From the NCBI GenBank assembly GCA_027295155.1, contig JAPULH010000001.1, forward strand, positions 1-45,964: a DNA stretch of 45,964 bases, given 5' to 3'. This document shows, one piece after another, positions 44,357 to 45,964 of this stretch. The stretch is from Gemmatimonadota bacterium. GTDB taxonomy: Bacteria; Gemmatimonadota; Gemmatimonadetes; Palauibacterales; Palauibacteraceae. The position numbers and the translations under genes were made by a program. How positions within the stretch are numbered: position 1 is the first letter of the stretch; every line of letters starts with the position of its first letter. The notes under the pieces are model-generated. The model had not been told where the DNA came from. It ran no database searches and saw only the letters and a list, made by a program, of their open reading frames with translations.

Positions 44357-44857
44357 CTACGGCGACATGCCCTGCCCTTCGACGACTAGGATGTCGAACG
44401 GGCCGATCCCGTGAAGCTGGAGCACCGTGCGTCCCTTCACCAGGCCGTAGTGCGGGCTCTCGCCGGCGATGAACAGGTAGTCACCCGGAACGTAGGACTT
44501 CAGCTTCGAGTCGTCGAACTTCTTCCCCATTGCCAGCAGGAAAGTCCCTTCGAGAACGGTCAGGTTCTCCGCCCGCGGATGCCAGTGCGGCGGGAACTTG
44601 TACCCGTCCGGCAAGGCAAGGCGGAGCGTGTACTGCTCATCCGCGACGGACGGATCGCCGTGGATCGGGGCGATCTTCATGCCGGGGAGGAAGCCGGGAA
44701 CATCAAGGTCGTCCCAAGCAAGATCAGCCTCAGCCACGTCGTGCATAGCCGGCGTCGCGTCGTGCCTGGCCATCGGTTCATCCTGGGCGAACGCGGCGGT
44801 GGCCGACACGACGAGGCCGACAGCCACGGCCGCGGCGGCGAGAAGATGGTGCGACAT
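44357..44857 (-). CDS. secreted cupin-domain protein
   Basis: ATG 44857 is preceded by GCAGGAGGT. It has a signal peptide (MSHHLLAAAAVAVGLVVSATAAFA) and the cupin motif FPPHWHPRAENLTVLEGTF...GDYLFIAGESPHYG. Confidence 0.75.
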   Translation of the reverse strand: MSHHLLAAAAVAVGLVVSATAAFAQDEPMARHDATPAMHDVAEADLAWDDLDVPGFLPGMKIAPIHGDPSVADEQYTLRLALPDGYKFPPHWHPRAENLTVLEGTFLLAMGKKFDDSKLKSYVPGDYLFIAGESPHYGLVKGRTVLQLHGIGPFDILVVEGQGMSP

Positions 44858-45143
44858 GGATACCTCCTGCTTCGTCCGCCCGGGAAACCGCGGGCACCCG
44901 GGAGACAGCGGACAATCTCCCGACACCTGTGTCAGCATCATAAGGCAATGTCTCGAAACGGCAAGGAGCGTGAGTGGGCGCCGCCGCGAGCTTCCCCCCA
45001 GCCCGCCGGTGTTCGAGTATTCCCCAACCCATATGAGGTGCTCTGACGTGAGTTCACGCGGCGACACAACGGACCGGGCGCATGGCATTACATATCCTAC
45101 GGGCGTCTGCAACGTGCTGGCGCGTCACGACTTGCCATCCCGG

Positions 45144-45161
45144 TGTGCCGCGATTGTGCCG
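45144..45161. repeat. right copy of the 18-bp inverted repeat (TGTGCCGCGATTGTGCCG)
   Basis: It is the exact reverse complement of 44314-44331. The 10-mer TGTGCCGCTC also recurs as a direct repeat at 44289-44298 and 45155-45164. Confidence 0.85.
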
Positions 45162-45237
45162 CTCGGGAACGGCGTTGGGGGGCGGGCGCGACAGGCGCGA
45201 AGCGCGGCGGGGGTGGGGCGCGGAAGGGGGCTACGTC

Positions 45238-45654
45238 ATGGCACGATGTAAGGCAACCAGCGCGAACGGAAACCGCTGCGACTCACCCGAGCCCCTCGTG
45301 GATGCTGAAACCGGACTCTGCCCAGCCCATGCACCGGGCGGATCGGAGCGCATGGCCGACTTGGGAAGGAAGGGTGCGGCGGCCACGGCCCGGAAGTGGA
45401 GGGGGCGAGGCGGGCTGGAGCCCGGCGAGCTACCGCAGCTTGGGACCCCCCACAACGCGCAGAGGGCGCTCGACATCGTGGCACACGCGGCGGCTGAGGG
45501 CAGGCTCCCGCAGCGACAGGCAGACGCCACCACGCGGGCGGTCCGGGAGTGGCTCCGGGCCTACGAGGCGGGCACGGTCACGGACCGGCTGGAGGAGCTT
45601 AGGGCGACGGTGGCCGAACTGAAAGGCGAGAAGAAGCTGCGGAGGGTGAAGTGA
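45238..45654 (+). CDS. small phage-like protein with an N-terminal Cys/His cluster (possible small terminase or DNA-binding protein)
   Basis: ATG 45238 is preceded by GGAAGGGGG. The product begins MARCKATSANGNRCDSPEPLVDAETGLCPAHAP (C-x9-C...C-x2-H), followed by a helical C-terminus ending in a coiled-coil-like LEELRATVAELKGEKKLRRVK. It sits directly upstream of a terminase-like ORF. Confidence 0.5.
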   Translation: MARCKATSANGNRCDSPEPLVDAETGLCPAHAPGGSERMADLGRKGAAATARKWRGRGGLEPGELPQLGTPHNAQRALDIVAHAAAEGRLPQRQADATTRAVREWLRAYEAGTVTDRLEELRATVAELKGEKKLRRVK

Positions 45655-45719
45655 GAGCGGGTTCCTCCTTCAACCGAGGCGGTCCCGAGGCCGCCCCGCT
45701 TACCGTTTGGAGGTAGCAG

Positions 45720-45964
45720 TTGCATAGGCAGGCGATAGAGCGGCTCGGTCGAGATCTCGGGGACCTGCTCGCCAGCCACAAACGCGGGCGGTCACTGGAC
45801 GAGTTCGCGGTCTACCGGGACGACCCGATCGGCTTCATCCGCGAAGTACTCGGTGGAGAACCGTGGTCACGACAGGTCGAGATCGCCCGGGCCGTAGAAG
45901 CATCTCCTCTCGTCGTCGTCCGCTCGGCGAACGCGGTCGGTAAGGACTGGGTAGCGGCGCGGCT
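45720..45964 (+). CDS. phage terminase large-subunit-like protein, N-terminal fragment (runs off the window)
   Basis: The TTG start lies 6 nt after GGAGG, with an in-frame TAG just upstream. The product reads LHRQAIERLGRDLGDLLASHKRGRSLDEFAVYRDDPIGFIREVLGGEPWSRQVEIARAVEASPLVVVRSANAVGKDWVAA, which resembles terminase N-termini (DPxxFxxxxLGxxxWxxQxEI...GK). This ORF is not in the supplied track because it is open-ended. Confidence 0.42.
   Translation, partial: MHRQAIERLGRDLGDLLASHKRGRSLDEFAVYRDDPIGFIREVLGGEPWSRQVEIARAVEASPLVVVRSANAVGKDWVAAR

Overview
This is a high-GC (roughly two-thirds G+C by eye) bacterial chromosomal segment from a diderm organism, since Lnt, LolA, LptD and Tol-Pal are all present. 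The phylum cannot be determined from the sequence alone. Positions ~650-41000 form a dense, almost uninterrupted minus-strand array of housekeeping genes: lnt, hemL, rimO, ftsK, accB/accC, efp, aroQ, tatA/tatC, nrdR, tol-pal, hemA, ssb, rimI-tsaB-tsaE, uvrB and rel. Many of these genes are joined by 1-4 nt stop/start overlaps. Only a ppiD-like gene and one small secreted hypothetical lie on the plus strand. Most long ORFs in the six-frame track are GC-driven antisense or N-terminal-extension artefacts and were not called.

The main points of interest are:
- A 407-bp element bounded by terminal inverted repeats (MITE-like) is inserted exactly at the accB stop/accC start junction. A 19-nt copy of its inverted-repeat core also occurs at 16453.
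- From ~41100 to the end, the window becomes accessory. radC has a duplicated 3' end, and the two copies flank an intact DUF6883/DUF4926 two-gene module.
- Next come a decayed brnT with an intact brnA-like gene, and a DUF4258/YgiT pair in which both genes are frameshifted.
- These are followed by ~720 bp of non-coding DNA with degenerate repeats, and a cupin gene flanked by an 18-bp inverted repeat built from TGTGCCG heptamers.
- The window ends with the start of a phage-like packaging module.

No rRNA, tRNA or CRISPR array was recognised. All functional calls come from reading motifs in the supplied translations. No database search was run, and start codons are often uncertain.
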